Shown here piece by piece: positions 50,888 to 64,000 of a DNA stretch of 64,000 nt. The DNA comes from Daphnia carinata (lineage: Eukaryota), in the NCBI RefSeq assembly GCF_022539665.2, contig NC_081331.1, positions 5,022,001 through 5,086,000 on the forward strand, in the 5' to 3' direction. Position 1 is the first letter of the stretch; the number at the start of each line of letters is the position of its first letter. A model generated the notes under the pieces. That model was not told the origin of the DNA, made no database searches, and was given only the letters and a program-made list of their open reading frames with translations. A program made the translations under genes and the position numbers.

Positions 50888-53800
50888 AACCGCTTTTTTC
50901 GGTCCACTCACGGCCGCAGTTTTAACAAAAACACATTGTCGCTTAATCCGGCAGTAAAGCCAGTAAATCCTAGTGAGGTTTGAAACGAGTTGAGCGCGAT
51001 CTTCTTATAAAATGATGGGACTATCATATGTGGGCTTGTAAGAAAGAGGAGAGCACACGTCAAGCCAGTTGGGTCGTTGGGTTCCGACTGAGACATCTTT
51101 GACTGCTGGCTGCTAGAAATGGTGGAACGACATGAAAAGCCTGAGTGTCAGGCATGTTTGTTGGCGGATGGGCAAGGCGGATTTGATGGGGTTGCTCTAA
51201 ACTTCATCGATCTCGCCGGAAAAGTTTTATAGTTTTTTTTCAGGAACAACTTGTCTCTAACTTCTGCGCGATGAAAACGTAAAAATAGAAAAAACTACGT
51301 AGCATGAAGGGAACAAATCTTTAAAATAATGACAAGTAATTTACCGTCCTCAGTCAGTCAAAGAATGAGAACGTTAGAGGATGCTGAATGCTATTGAATT
51401 GGATCTCAAGAGGTAAGATATTGCTTTCAGTGGAAGTAGGTCAAGTCGATTAGCAAAGGAAGATGTTGTTAAAAATACAAAAAAAAATTATACTTGAAAC
51501 CTAGCTCTCCTTTCAGGTCTTGAAAATCGCCCACGGAAGATGCTAGATTACCCTCCTTTTATGCCATTATTGTGCGAACGTGACGATTCGCTTAGCAAAA
51601 ATGCTGGTCTCATAGCTGCTGTGGGGAACACCAGCTGAAAAATTTTATGTGTCAAAGCTCTGTCGTGTAAAATTTTTAAACGTCCTGTCTGTGCCAAAAT
51701 ACTCGAGGGCTAAATCCGAGATTCGGTCGTCTTGGAATCCGAGTCTACGTGGTGTTATAAAGCTGTTTTTGGTAAGTACAAAAACTCGTTTATGCATCGC
51801 TTTCGTCAGATCGTCAAAAACTGTTTCTTCTTGTTTAGAATGGTTCTGTTTCAACATAGCTACGAGGAAGTCATGTAGTACATATTTATCAGATCCCTAT
51901 ATGTCACTCAGCTGTCCAAAAAAAAAATACTAAAGTGAAAGTTCCACCACCAAAATTAGGAAAAAAAAAGGCATCAAAGTCGACGAAGCATAAAACAAAT
52001 ACAGGCTCTTCCACGAGCCAACCAGACTAATAAATCACAATTCTTTTGTTTGCTTTTTTTTCGGGCGTTCAACCTCTTTCATGATCAAATGGGATTTTTT
52101 CATAACTATCGATAAGTCGCTCTTTTCCCTTTCACGGAACCAAATAGGCGGCCTTGCTTTTAACGGTCATTTTAATAATTTGGCTTCATTTGCTTGTTAT
52201 TGAAAGAACAATAAAATGTACATTGTTTGTTTTTTATCTATTGGGTGCCATTAGCTATACGCATCTCGCGCTATACAGTCATTTTCTAAGGTTGTTCATC
52301 TACGGAATGCGAACATAATACGCTGGCGCCTACGATCCGCTTTACTATCACGTCAGCGTCAATCGATTTAATGGACCGGATATATAACGACTGGGAGATG
52401 CTATTCGAATTTTGCGAATTCTTGATGTAAACGCTACGTCTCTGTTATGCACTTCATTTCACATTTTGTAGTGAGCCGATATATATCACAAAAGCTCGTG
52501 ACCTACATGTCGCTCTGACGTTGGCGTAAACGATAATCGGTTCCACACGTGGAAGTCTTAATATTAAGCTAGTGTCATTGGTGTTTCCAGAAAGTGAAGG
52601 ATATCAGACTTGTTTTCGACTTGCTAATTTTGGAGTTAACGCTTTAGTTCACAATGTTTTTCTTGGATAGCACGAAATCAAAACAAATCCTACACTTTTC
52701 TGCTCCAATTTTTGCATTTTGTTGACGTCATACCGACGATTCGTATTTGTTTTCTAAGAAAAGAACATGTCGTGCTGACATCCTCGGCAAGTTCGACGAA
52801 ACGAATCGCAATTTTTATGGTCATTTGATTTGAACAAGATGTCTTTACGCACCGAAGGTAGTAATCTAATTCTCCACTACACACATCAAGAATAAACAGA
52901 GAACGTAAAACACTTACCTGCACAGGTTACGAAGGCTTGCGCGGCTTCGAGATTTTTGCTTATCTCTATTGACATGGAGATTCTTTGTAGGATTTGTTTT
53001 CTTTTTTTTTCTCTTGAACTGTTTCTCGGTCTTTAGCGTCGTCTTGAATATGGGCAGAGTTCGAACACTGCAGCGGCATCTCACTATCGAACAATGATAA
53101 ATACGTTGGAAATTTATCGTTCGAGAACATTCGTTTAACATGTATAACGAAAACACGAAAACTCTGTTAAGATTAAAAAACCTAACTGTTATGTTCAAAT
53201 ATTCCCTTTTCCATCCATTCCGTCGTAAAGAATTTCTCATTCTATGCTTTTTGATCACTGGAAGTTCTGTGGTGATACGAAAGCAAATTTGGTCGCAATC
53301 TCAACGTCGTCCTGCATTACCCAATACAGCTTTGCATGAATCTTTACATCGCGATCCAGCTGCGATACAGATGTTCAGAGTACATTCGCATAGGAAGGGA
53401 TATTGGAAATACGTTTCTCTAGAATCGATTCACCCACGGTTGTAAACAAAACCGTTACAGTATTTGTAGTTACTCCATCATAGACAGACAAGTACTAAAA
53501 TGAAAACTAATACTCCAGTGAAATATGGTTGACTACTGGTTCTGGTACCAGCTCTTCAGCTGTCCTGAAGAGTTACTATGTCGTATAAATAAATATACCT
53601 ACTCGTACAGGGCATATTTGGAACTAGGTCAACTAGGTTATCATCTTCTTTCACTTGCAGCTGTTCATGAAGACGTCGTGGTGTCATTATTTTACGAGCC
53701 ATTTCTTATAAAAATTTCGTAGAGCATGCAAAAGATGTAGGCCAATTTTACCTTAAAATTCGAAATAAAATTTCATAAGGGTGTTGACTTCACATTTCTT

Positions 53801-54038
53801 TAGAGCACTCAGTGGTTCGAACTGGAAATAAAACCAAGTAGTAAAAATATTGTCTCCTTCCAATAGCCTAGACCTTTAAAAGCAAGTTACATATCTGAAA
53901 GTTCATTAAATAAAACAAAATTTTAAAACAAGTACAAGTTAAGAGATGGTACCTATATTGATTCTTGACAATTTTACACTGCTAAAAGAGTTCCTTAGCA
54001 GACTAACATGTGTACAGCAGTGAACATTTCAATTGGCT

Positions 54039-54762
54039 TTAAAAGTTTGGGGGTACTTTTACGCCAGCTTGGTTGGCCAAGTACAATAGCTCCTCTCGGT
54101 TCAGTCTCAGCTTTTCTTCAGCCTTTTGAGCGTCTCTGACTACCTTCCGTTCAGCTTCCTCTACCCTCCAAGCATCTTCATTAGCCTTGTTCACCCTGAA
54201 ACGGTGACCACCCCACATGATACCCAGCAACAGGGCTGAGTAGCGGCCAAACTGTACAAGCAAAGGAAATTTTTATACCACTGTTCTTACAATGTGAGAA
54301 AAAAAAACACTGTAATCTTGAACTGTTTGGTACTCTGGAATAAGATATATCACATTGATAGTACCTTATAACACACAAAGTATCCATTTTCTATTGTCCC
54401 TAAGCGAAACTCTTTAACCAGAGGTTGTCATTAAAGAGAATTATAAAGGGACACACTTCCTAATTACTCTTAGCTTACATTGTGGTAAGATATTATTAAA
54501 ATTAATTCCATCTATGCTGAATAAAAACAGGAAGCTTAAATGACTTCAGATAATAGCGTGGTACATATGCCGTAAAAAAACGCACACAGCTCAACAGTAA
54601 TTTCAAATTCAAAGTAGTATCTACCGACTAGCCGTTACGTATCGAACATAATATAAAGTATAAATCATTAAAAATAAATACAACTTTTATCCTAAGAGAT
54701 ATAAAATAGTGAGCAATTACCCTGATCAGTGGAGAGACTTGAACTGGAGCAAGAGCGGCCAT
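54039..54762 (-). CDS. ATP5ME: Mitochondrial ATP synthase subunit e; two exons (54762-54721, 54251-54039)
   Basis: MAALAPVQVSPLIR spliced in phase 0 to FGRYSALLLGIMWGGHRF (GxxxG motif), followed by a charged coiled-coil tail. Confidence 0.93.
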
Positions 54763-55243
54763 ATTTATACGTTATTGGCTGACTGCGAAGCCTTCTTCTC
54801 TCTGACTGAGCTGAACGTTGTCACATTTGTTTTTTGTCTTTGCCTCTGGCACAACCAGCGTTGCCATTTGCCGAATATAGGAAATTAAAATCATTTTTTC
54901 AAATTATTACCAGTTATTACCACATAAATGAATAAATCACATAATGAAGACGTAAAAATAAATTAAAACCTTAAATGCTGGGGAACCGCTAATTTTAACA
55001 GCGATATGATAAGCATGACTCAGACTCATTTGAACAATATTGCCTACAGGATAGTGGTTGAAGAATTGTGTCGAAAAAAAAGGTATTCGTATTTTTTATT
55101 TGCCAATTATATTTTTTTCTGAAACCTTAACTCATACATTTGCATGCTATGCAATGGTAATGGGCTTTTTTTGTTGAGTAACAACGGCCGGTGATGGATC
55201 CTTGCTTTGCGGACGTGTTTCGAAAGAGCGAGGATTTCTTTCT

Positions 55244-58200
55244 TTATTTTTTTTCCGTTGTTTCTCCGTCTATTCCCTGATAGGAATCTAAAAGATTTTT
55301 CATTTCCTGCCAGTACTCCAATACTGCGTCTGATCGATAATCTGAAAAAGAATGGTGAAATGAGGTTTCACTGACAACCGCCGTGCGATTTGATATACCT
55401 GATGTACGTCGCGAATTCGTAAAATAGTCCAGGAACGTTTGGCGATTTCGGTTTGCTTCCTCTGGGGTTGAAAGCGTGAAGTCCCTGTATGCTACAGGCA
55501 TTCTGTTGGATTTCCATCCAGGTGAAAAGGAATCCAAGTAAAACTTAAAAACCATCCAGCTTTCTCTGTATTTTTCCAACTGCTTCTCTGTAATGTAAAT
55601 CAAGATTCATTAAAAGTCCAAGCATGAAATGTTTGGATCGGATAAGTAAAACTGATTCTAGTGCAAAAACGTATGTTGTCACGAGAGAGAATTCAAGTGA
55701 ATAAATTACTTGTGGAGAGCTTTAATCGATTTCGAATTTTCTCGATTTCGTCAGCCAATTCCTGCGATTGATCGATAGCTGCAGTCCTAGAGTTAACGTT
55801 CTTTACTGGTTTGCTCTCGGCGGCGGTAATATAAATTGCAGAATGATTATCCAATGTTGCAGCTGTGATGTGGGTAACGGGGACGGTGACCGATGTTTTG
55901 GGGGTAGTCTTTTCACTTAGAGTAGTTGTTTTTACTTGAGTGGTTACCGGCTTGTTTGTCGTTTTCTCTTTATAAGACAATAGGTAGTTGTTGAGGGTAG
56001 TCCATGCTGCCATTATTTTTGTCACTTGCGTGCCTGAATAAAAATATGAAGGAACGATTAAGGAAGCGGTAGGTTAAACACATGACTGTTGTGCACCTGA
56101 ACTATTTCGCATTTTATTGAAGTAAGTTTCAAATAAATTCTTCCAAATTTTGGCTTCTTCCGGAGTCGAAAGAGAATATGTTGCATTGATTGTAGATATA
56201 TCAGTTGCCTTATTTTTTAATGCGTCCAAGTAAAGCTTAAACACCAACCAGATTTCTTTGAGTTTCTTCATTTGTGAGGCTAAAAGGGAGAAGTTTAGTA
56301 TCTCATCTTTGACTTGAAAAATTGTAATACCTGTTGCTGTGCGAATGTTACTGGTTGAGTTAGTGATTTTAGCAAACACCTCGTCAAATACTTTTCCAGT
56401 TTCGAAGCCAGGTCGTGGAGGACTGGCAGTTGTTGTCCGCTTTTGTGATGCCTTAGTAGTTCTTTTCGATCCCGATGTAGTTGACGAGGCAAGCTTTTTA
56501 GCCGGAGTTGTTGTACTTCCCGTAGCCAGCATTATCTCTTTTACGGTGATGGTTGTAGGTGAGGGGGCAGTTGTTTCTATAACCGTGTTTGGCTTTAACT
56601 CAACCAGTGTTGTTGTTCCTACGGACAGAGACGTGTCGTTTGTTCCAGTTGTTAGATCTGGGACCAAAGAAATCATGTGTGTTGCCGCGTTTGTCGAATG
56701 TATTGAAGTTGTCGATTCCATAAGCGGGATTCTTTCTGTGATTAAAGGTTCCGAATGGATGGATGAAGGGCCGCTTTCTGCAGCTGAACTTGCTTGTTCC
56801 GGGACATGTACTATGTTGATTGAAACAGGGATTCTTTCTGAAGTTAGTAGCACATTGTTTGTCAATGTAGTTGTTTCCACACTTTGAATATGGTGTTGTG
56901 TAGCTGGAATGGCTGTTGTCGCTTCCGGAGTTCTATCGAAAACAGTTGGTTCTTCGTTCGGAGATGGTATTGGTTTTACAGCCGTGATGATTGATATCAC
57001 AGTCGGTATTGCCGTTTCGGTAGTTAAACTAGGGGACATAACTGAAGTTTTTGATTCGACTGTAATAATCGGTGCACCTGGAGTGATTGGCTCTGCCGTC
57101 GGGGTAGCTGGATCAGAGGAAGTAGTTGGGTTTGCAGCTGGAGTTGCTGGCTCTGAGGCCGGAACAGTTGGTTCTGTAGCGTGAATAGATGGTAATGTAG
57201 TCGGAGTAGCAACCTCTACAACCGGAGTAGCTGACTCTGCAACCGGGGTATCTGATTCTGCAGGTAGAGTATCTAGCTCTGCAGCATGCGTGGATTTGCC
57301 TGCCACAGAAGTGATTGGGTCTGCGGTTGAAGTACCTGTTTCTGCTGCTGGAAGAGTTGGTTTTACATACGAAGTAGCTGCGTCTATGGCCAGAGCAGTT
57401 GATCCTTCAGCTAGCGTGGCTGGATGTTCAGCAAAAGTGACAGAGTTTGTAATAGGAACGTATAGTTCTACCTTCGGGGTAGCGACTTCTAGAGCCAGGG
57501 TAGTTGGTTCTGCAGCCGGAGTAGCTGGCAATGTAGCCGGAGAAGCTAATTCTGCAGCTGGAGTAGCCGCACTTGCAGACGTGGTAGCTGACTCTGCCGC
57601 CGGAGTGGTTGGCTCTGTAGTCGGAATAGCTGGTAATGCAGTTGGAGTAGCATGCTCTACAACCGAGGTAGCATGTTCTACAACCGGAATAGCTAACTCT
57701 GCAATCGGAGTGGTTTTTCCTGCAGTGGATTCGGCTGGTTCTGCGCCCAGAGTAGCTACTTCTGAAGCCGGAACAGCTGAATTTGCAGACGAAGCAGCTG
57801 ATTCTGCAGCCAACATGGTTGACCCTACAACTCCAGTAGTTGAGTCTGCAGTTGAAGTGACATGCTCAACCATCAGGGTAGGTGACTCTGTAGCGGGACT
57901 AACTAGTCCTGAGACCAGAACAAATGGCACTGCAGCTGAAGTAGCTGCCTCTATGGAAGGGGTGATTAGCTCTACAGTCGGAGTAGCTGGCTCTGAAGTC
58001 ACAGTACCTGGTTCTGCAGCCAGAATTGTTGGCCCTACAGTGGTTTCCGCAGGATACGATGAGGCTGGCCATACGGAAGGGATTGCAGGTTTTTCAGACG
58101 TACGGGGCACTTCTACCTCCAGAGTTGCAGGATGTGTTGGCTCCTTAGTTACCACCGTTGTTTCGACAGCTGAATTGGTTATTAAGGTGGCGGATGAAGT

Positions 58201-59536
58201 CACTTCCATTGCCGGAACGATCTCTTGTGCTCTTGACGTAATCGGTTTTGTATCTATACTTGTGGCTTCTCCAGCCGAAGTTGTGTGTTCAGCAACCTTA
58301 GTTTCCTGGATCACCGAATGCGTTGGCTCTACAGTCGTCGTTTCTCCAGCCGGAGTCCTTTCCGTTTTCAAGGTGGCCAGTTCTACAACTGAATGTGTCG
58401 TAACTTCGACTGGCGATGTTGTTTCCCTAAAGGGAGTAACGGTTTCGGCAACCATATTTGTCGTTTCTACAGGCGTCAGCGTTCGTTCAGCCAGTGAGGT
58501 TGTTTCTACAGCCGCAATGATCGTATTTGCAGCCGGAGTTGTTGATCCCATAACTGGTTTTTCGGTTTCTACTGCCGCTATTATTTTCTCCGTAGCCGTT
58601 TGTGCTATCAGTACGGTTGTTCCTGCATCCAGGATTGTTGGTTGTATAATGTGATCAGTTGGTTTTTCAGGTGAATGGATTGGCTCCTCAATCGAAGGTT
58701 TAGTTTCTTCTTCAACAGTCTCTTCCGCATGCAAATCTATTGGCTCTTCTGCTGGGCTCTTTGCTTCTTCGTCATCGATTTCCTTCAGTGACATCAGATC
58801 AATTGCTGATTCGACAGCAGCATGCGGATCTTCTGAAACTGACATATCCGTTTCTGGCTCTACGCTCGCCTCCCCAGCCAAAACCAATGATTCTGCATCC
58901 GGAACATGCCATTCGGTATTTGGATTTATTGGTTCCTCTACTACCGAGGGAGACGTATTATCCTTCTCTTCTGCTGCCGTAGTCTCTACAGCTGGAACAG
59001 CTGCTTCTTTAATCATCATCGGTTCCGCAGCCGGTGTTTGGTCGGTCAAAATAACGGCCTCTGTAGCCAGATTTAGTGCCGGATCTTTCAGATCTACTAA
59101 TGCGGCAGAAACAGGGGAATCAACCTAGGAGGAAAAGAAATAGTTTACTCTTTTCTACTTTCAGTTGTTTGTGAAATGTTTCCTTACCTTCGTACTGTTT
59201 TCCTGTCTTTTTCCAGATTGCAACTCAGACGATGGATCCCTTAAAAACAAAACAGTAAAAAGTATTTCCCATTGTGTACGTTAATGATACAACGAAAAGT
59301 TTGACGAACACATTTTTATTTAAATGTAAGACAAAAATAATTGTGCTTACTGTATATCTGTTTGGGTCGCCTCCACGGATTGGAACTTGCTGACCACTGG
59401 GGTTGTTTCTTCCGCCGATGCTAAGGTTATCGCAAAGAGCGACATCAACAGCTGTGGATGGGAAAACAATTACCAACATTTAATTGATTTAAAGTACATA
59501 CTATATGACAGTTTAGTTTCTTACCAAAAGATTCAT
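55244..59536 (-). CDS. Secreted mucin-like Thr/Pro/Ala/Glu-rich protein with a repeated C-terminal helical domain; multi-exon
   Basis: ATG 59536 (MNLL|LLMSLFAITLASAEETT) is a signal peptide across a phase-0 intron. A roughly 3 kb exon of low-complexity T/P/A/E sequence follows, then exons near 56035-55700 and 55600-55244. Confidence 0.78.
57080..58030 (-). repeat. Degenerate coding minisatellite, about 21 nt / 7 aa (xTPAAEx-like)
   Basis: Recurrent ATPAAE, ATPVVE, TTPAAE and ATPTAE units; on the plus strand recurring ccggagtagc and tctgcagc words. Confidence 0.75.
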
Positions 59537-62500
59537 CCTTGTCCTGTTGATGGTTGCTATGAAAATAAAAAATCAATCGTCGATCTCGCTGAACGAATAC
59601 TTTCTTCAAAGACGCTCTAATTGCCAGTGACTGCGAAGTGTTGCGAATTTAGTGATTAAATATTACAAGTCACGTGACCTTTAAAGCCCCCTGGTTTTGA
59701 AATCTGCTACACCTTACGTACGAAAAAAATGTTCTCTCGTGCAATACAGAATTACGTGTTCCGTGAACTTATTTTTTTACTTACTATTTATCGCAAATAT
59801 CAGCGAGGCTCGTATTTGGAAATAAAAATCGAACTAGCTTTAACAGGACACTTTTGTTTGATTTTCGTGACGAATGTCAAAGACACGAAGTCACGATCGA
59901 TCGGTAATCCTATGCACTCTGAAGGACTGTAACACGCTTGCGTATCCGAAAACCATGTTAGAAGCCTCGATATCAAGTCACGTTATTTACTTTCCGATAG
60001 ATATGCAACAGCTCGAATAATGAGAATAAAATGTTAAACAACGATATCATTTCGAGCAGAAATCACGTAAGAATTATTGATGAGAGAAACAACAACAGCA
60101 GGTCAACAAGGGATTAAAGCCTGTTTTTATGAATAACATAAAATTTTAATAAGTTCGATTTCACTAGAGAAATCGTTCGTTTTCAGATGTCCTGACAGAG
60201 ATAGTTGTTTCGTATTTATGCGCCAAATACTCTTGTATGGTCCAAACAGAGATGGCAGCAGGAAATTGTTGGATAAGCTTGGGAAAAAAGAAAAAGAAAA
60301 TTACGTATGCGGTTTATTTACATCTCAATATAAAACCATAGTGAAATGCGTGAATGGATTGAATACGGCTGGCAGTAAAATTAGGTAGTTTACGCAACCG
60401 GGGCACCGTTCAAGCGATATATTTTTTTGTAACGATTACAGTCGGTGGTGAAAGAAAGTTCAAAGTACTTTCCACGACAGCACAAAATTCCAGCTGGTCC
60501 GCAAAGATTATCTAAGTTTCTTTTTTTTTTTTGCTCGCAAAAAACCGTAACAAAAAAAATATGAATACGTAAAGTGTGGGCTATACAAATGAATGCATTT
60601 TCTTCTCGTGCCAGAGAACCAGCGTCCTTCAGATGTTGCATAACCCACCGATTTCCAAATGGAATTTCTGCCAATCTATTCTTTGAAATAACGGCTTCGT
60701 TACAGAGACGCTTTCAACATTGATTTAAATCAAACTTGTTTAAGAACATTATTCACTCATAGGGAGGTCATATACGTAAGTGGGGCTCTAACACATTCTC
60801 CATTAAACATCAACACTGGCATGTTAGCTACAGTACTCTTCTTCTTGGAAAAATGAAATCTCAAGGTAATAATCGATGAAAAAGGTTCGAAGAAGTTTTG
60901 TCGTTTTCTGCCAAGCCCTTCCACGCATCCGTTTGCAAATGAAGTTTTTATCGAGAGAATCGTTTATTCGTGGGAGAGGTTGTTTGAGAGAAAAAGAGAA
61001 TGTTATTCAAAGAAACGGGCGGATGCATATAATGTGGCAAAAAGGCATAGTGCTATATACGTGGTTTACTGTTAATCCAGATCTTTCTATTCGAATGACG
61101 ACGTTATGAAACGAGGGGGAACAACAAAAAACCAAAAACAAATAAAAAAAACGATCGTTTTGGCTCGATGGCGCCAGATGAACGCGGGACTTTCTCTTCA
61201 ACTATCTGGCGGAGTTCATATCTGTTGCTAAAGTTGTTGGTGAAATTTTGTTTTTCTTTTGATTTTCATCAAAAGAGGAAAATATGCCAACTGGGCGATG
61301 GTTGTTCGTTATGGTTAGTTGTACCGATATAACGACACGCCAAATTGATTGCAATCCGATCTCATCGGTTGGCTGCATACACACACAATAATGAAAAATC
61401 TTATGTAATAAAAACAACCGAAAACATGTGAGAGTGAGGCTAGAGTTGTTCAAATTTTTTTTCGCCGTATAGAAAGAGAGAGAGAAACGAAGACAAACGG
61501 ATTGCTACTCAAGGCCGTGAGGCCTCCGCATAATCTAGTCGTGACGAAACACGGCCGATTCGTGAATTATTCATAAGGCGTGATCGTCTTCATTCCAAAG
61601 GTTTTTTTTGTTCTCGTTGCGTTCTTGTTGTTTTATTTTCTTCATTTCCATTCGAAAATAGTAATTAACTGATTGGCTTTTGTTTCATCACGAACGTCTT
61701 ACCTTCGTCCATGTTTATCACCAAGAACTTTTTTGAATTCCATAAATGAATCAGTATGTCAAAAAAAAAAAAATGGGTAGAATAGAGAGGGGGAAACAAG
61801 CTTATCAAGGTATGTGAAGAGAATCATAAAAAGCAATCTGCGTGTATAAGAGCCGGGATCTTCTGTAACCCGCGGGCAAGGCCGCTCCTACGTGAGTACC
61901 AGCCGAGAAATCTACGTGCGGGCTGTTGATGCGAAGGCCATCTTCTCTCGCGCCTCTCACTGTCTCTTCTGCCTTCTCAAAAGAGATGAACACGAAACTA
62001 AATAGAGAAAGACTAGAAAACGTGTTTTCATAAACAAGCCGACATGTCGCCCGTGCTGCGTGTGTGTTTGCTTAGCCTTGCCGCGCGGCAACGAATGAGA
62101 ACGAAAATAACCGTAAAATGTCACTTCTCATTTTAAAGAGCTGTTATAATCGGCTCTTATTTTATGATTGCTGAATCGGACCGAGGATGTTCCATTGGGT
62201 GACCGTGGTGGACGTACGTCGACACGCTCAGAGAAAGGATATATACAACTATCACCATAGACTACTCTCTCTCTTTCTTATTGTGTGTGTGTGTCTATGT
62301 GAATAGGTTGATACGAGTACTCGACAAGCACGACGGAGGGAAAGTGTTAACAAGTCGAATGTATTATCCAAAGAAAAAAATATCTAAATATGAAACAGGA
62401 AAAAGGCAATCTTATTTATACGCATACACGCTTAAATTCGAAATCCTGTGCCTTTGCCATTGTGAGAGTTCTTTTGGGAATGAATCCAAAAGGATTTCGA

Positions 62501-64000
62501 TGTCAACAGACGACAAAACGTAAAAAGACAAACAACCCAAAAAATCCTCCCCAAAAGTTTCTTTTTTTTTTCTTCTTCGTCAAATAGCAGTGTGTGTGGA
62601 TATAGCGTCGAACGTGGACCTGTTGCTATTGGAGAGTTGGCTGGCCCTTCGCTGAAACGATGCTTTCGCTTTTTTAGAGGTCGGTGCAAGATTTCACGCG
62701 GCCGATCTCGGTCACATCGCCACAGCGTCAGGCCGTTAAAGGGCAGTATAGGCACTTTGATGGAGATCATAGACGATATAGGCGTTGGTTTTCTTCGAGA
62801 CTTTTCTTGTTTATTGGCTAAACATGGGGATACCAACACATCAACTGACGCCCCATTAGTTTCTTGTCTGCCACGATTCGCATGAAAAATAACAGCGATG
62901 TCACAATAACACGCCAGGTTGGACCTCGCTCGTTACCCTTTTGGCCAAGCATTGTCTCCGTGTCTTTTGCTCCCTAACGTGTCATTTACCTAAGGTATAA
63001 TAGATAGCCTTTATTCTTTCAGACTTGGACAGTTCGTGCGTGTATGGCGTCATTCACGTATATTGCGAAACGCACAAAGAGAAAGAGATAATGACAATCA
63101 TCATTGTATGCAATATTATACATAGGGGAGTCAAGGACGAAGAGAGGAAAAGCACGATGGCCATTCGATTTGAAACGTCCTATTAAAAAATTCCAAGCTA
63201 AATCGAATTTCTTTTACTGCTGTGTTATTTGTCCCGACATACAAAATTTTTGACCTGTTGCTGCTTGCCATGAACTAGTAGGACATAGCATCGATCCGTC
63301 AATTTCCTCTGACGAGATATTCAAACACCGACATCTTACGATGAGCTAGAGACGAGAAATGAGGTGCGCGTATCTAGTCGGTCTGTTACGTGTGTTAACG
63401 GTATAACGCAACTCGGACACAAAACAGGCTGCGACCTGACATACTGACTTACTTTTAGGCACCTTTACCACACGCACGTAACTGATTGGCCGGTCTGTCG
63501 GTTCTTTCTCTACTCAACTCCCCCCCCCCTTGTTTTTTTTTTCTTTCATTTTCTCTCTTTCTCTATCCAAAACGAAATGACGATGAAATAATACAAAAAA
63601 AAACCCGAAATATTAAATTTCTCGTCCTTTCTCTTGCCTCGTTATTATTATTTTTTAAGGAAACTGCACCCAAGAAAATAGGATCATCAATAAGGGTTTC
63701 CCTACCTCCTCCCCTCTTTCTCTGATGATTTTGATTCCGTTTAACGAGTTCTTCGAACGCAACTTGCCTTTCAAAATGACGTCACTGTCGAGACATGTTA
63801 TGTTTGACGGCACCTCGAAATAAGACGGTTGGAATGTTATACCAGTGCTGTCAATGTACATCATCCGGCTTTGGAAGACAAAAGCGGGACGTTGTTTCGT
63901 CATCTAATTCATTTGGGTTTTTTTTTCCCCCTAAATTCCGGCTTTCTTGATGATAGAAAGAAAAATGTTTAGCCGCCATTTTCACAATAAAATGTAGACT

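Noticed and set aside
57290..58654. 454-aa plus-strand ORF rich in V/A/G/S (also 56339-57184)
   Set aside because: Antisense shadow of the repetitive mucin exon; no independent start, motifs or splice signals.
60000..64000. Short ORFs such as 61805-61993, 62432-62839 and 63655-63903
   Set aside because: No recognisable domains and no consistent exon chain. They could be UTR or terminal exons of a gene outside the window, but I cannot support a call.

Overview
Eukaryotic, AT-rich, gene-dense DNA with many short (about 60-100 nt) GT-AG introns. It looks like a compact arthropod genome; a Daphnia-like crustacean is my inference, not proven. Spliced genes in order: GMPPA (-, runs off the left edge), ERI1-like SAP+DEDDh exonuclease (+), cyclin J-like (-), TMEM8/PGAP6-like (-), C2H2 zinc-finger gene (-), WDR54-like (+), RGS12/loco (-), abLIM/unc-115 (+), a SAM-Tyr/Pro-SH2 adaptor of SLP-76/BLNK-like architecture (+), a rhodopsin-class neuropeptide GPCR (-), ATP synthase subunit e (-) and a secreted Thr/Pro/Ala/Glu-rich mucin-like protein (-). 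The standout is an apparently intact DIRS1-type tyrosine-recombinase retrotransposon (42179-46887), lying antisense in a predicted intron of the GPCR. It has inverted terminal repeats, an internal complementary region (ICR), one fused gag-RT-RNaseH-methyltransferase ORF and an overlapping recombinase ORF. Reading the sequence further shows a 7-bp TCTAATT core at both ends and at the circle junction, and a predicted intron (43467-46560) whose removal gives a Gag-only mRNA with a hidden last exon beyond the ICR. Other notable items: a mutually exclusive exon pair in abLIM, a modular SH2-adaptor locus, a repeated unrecognised domain in the mucin-like protein, and a decayed tRNA-Val-like head. Exon boundaries were derived by eye and have no transcript support.
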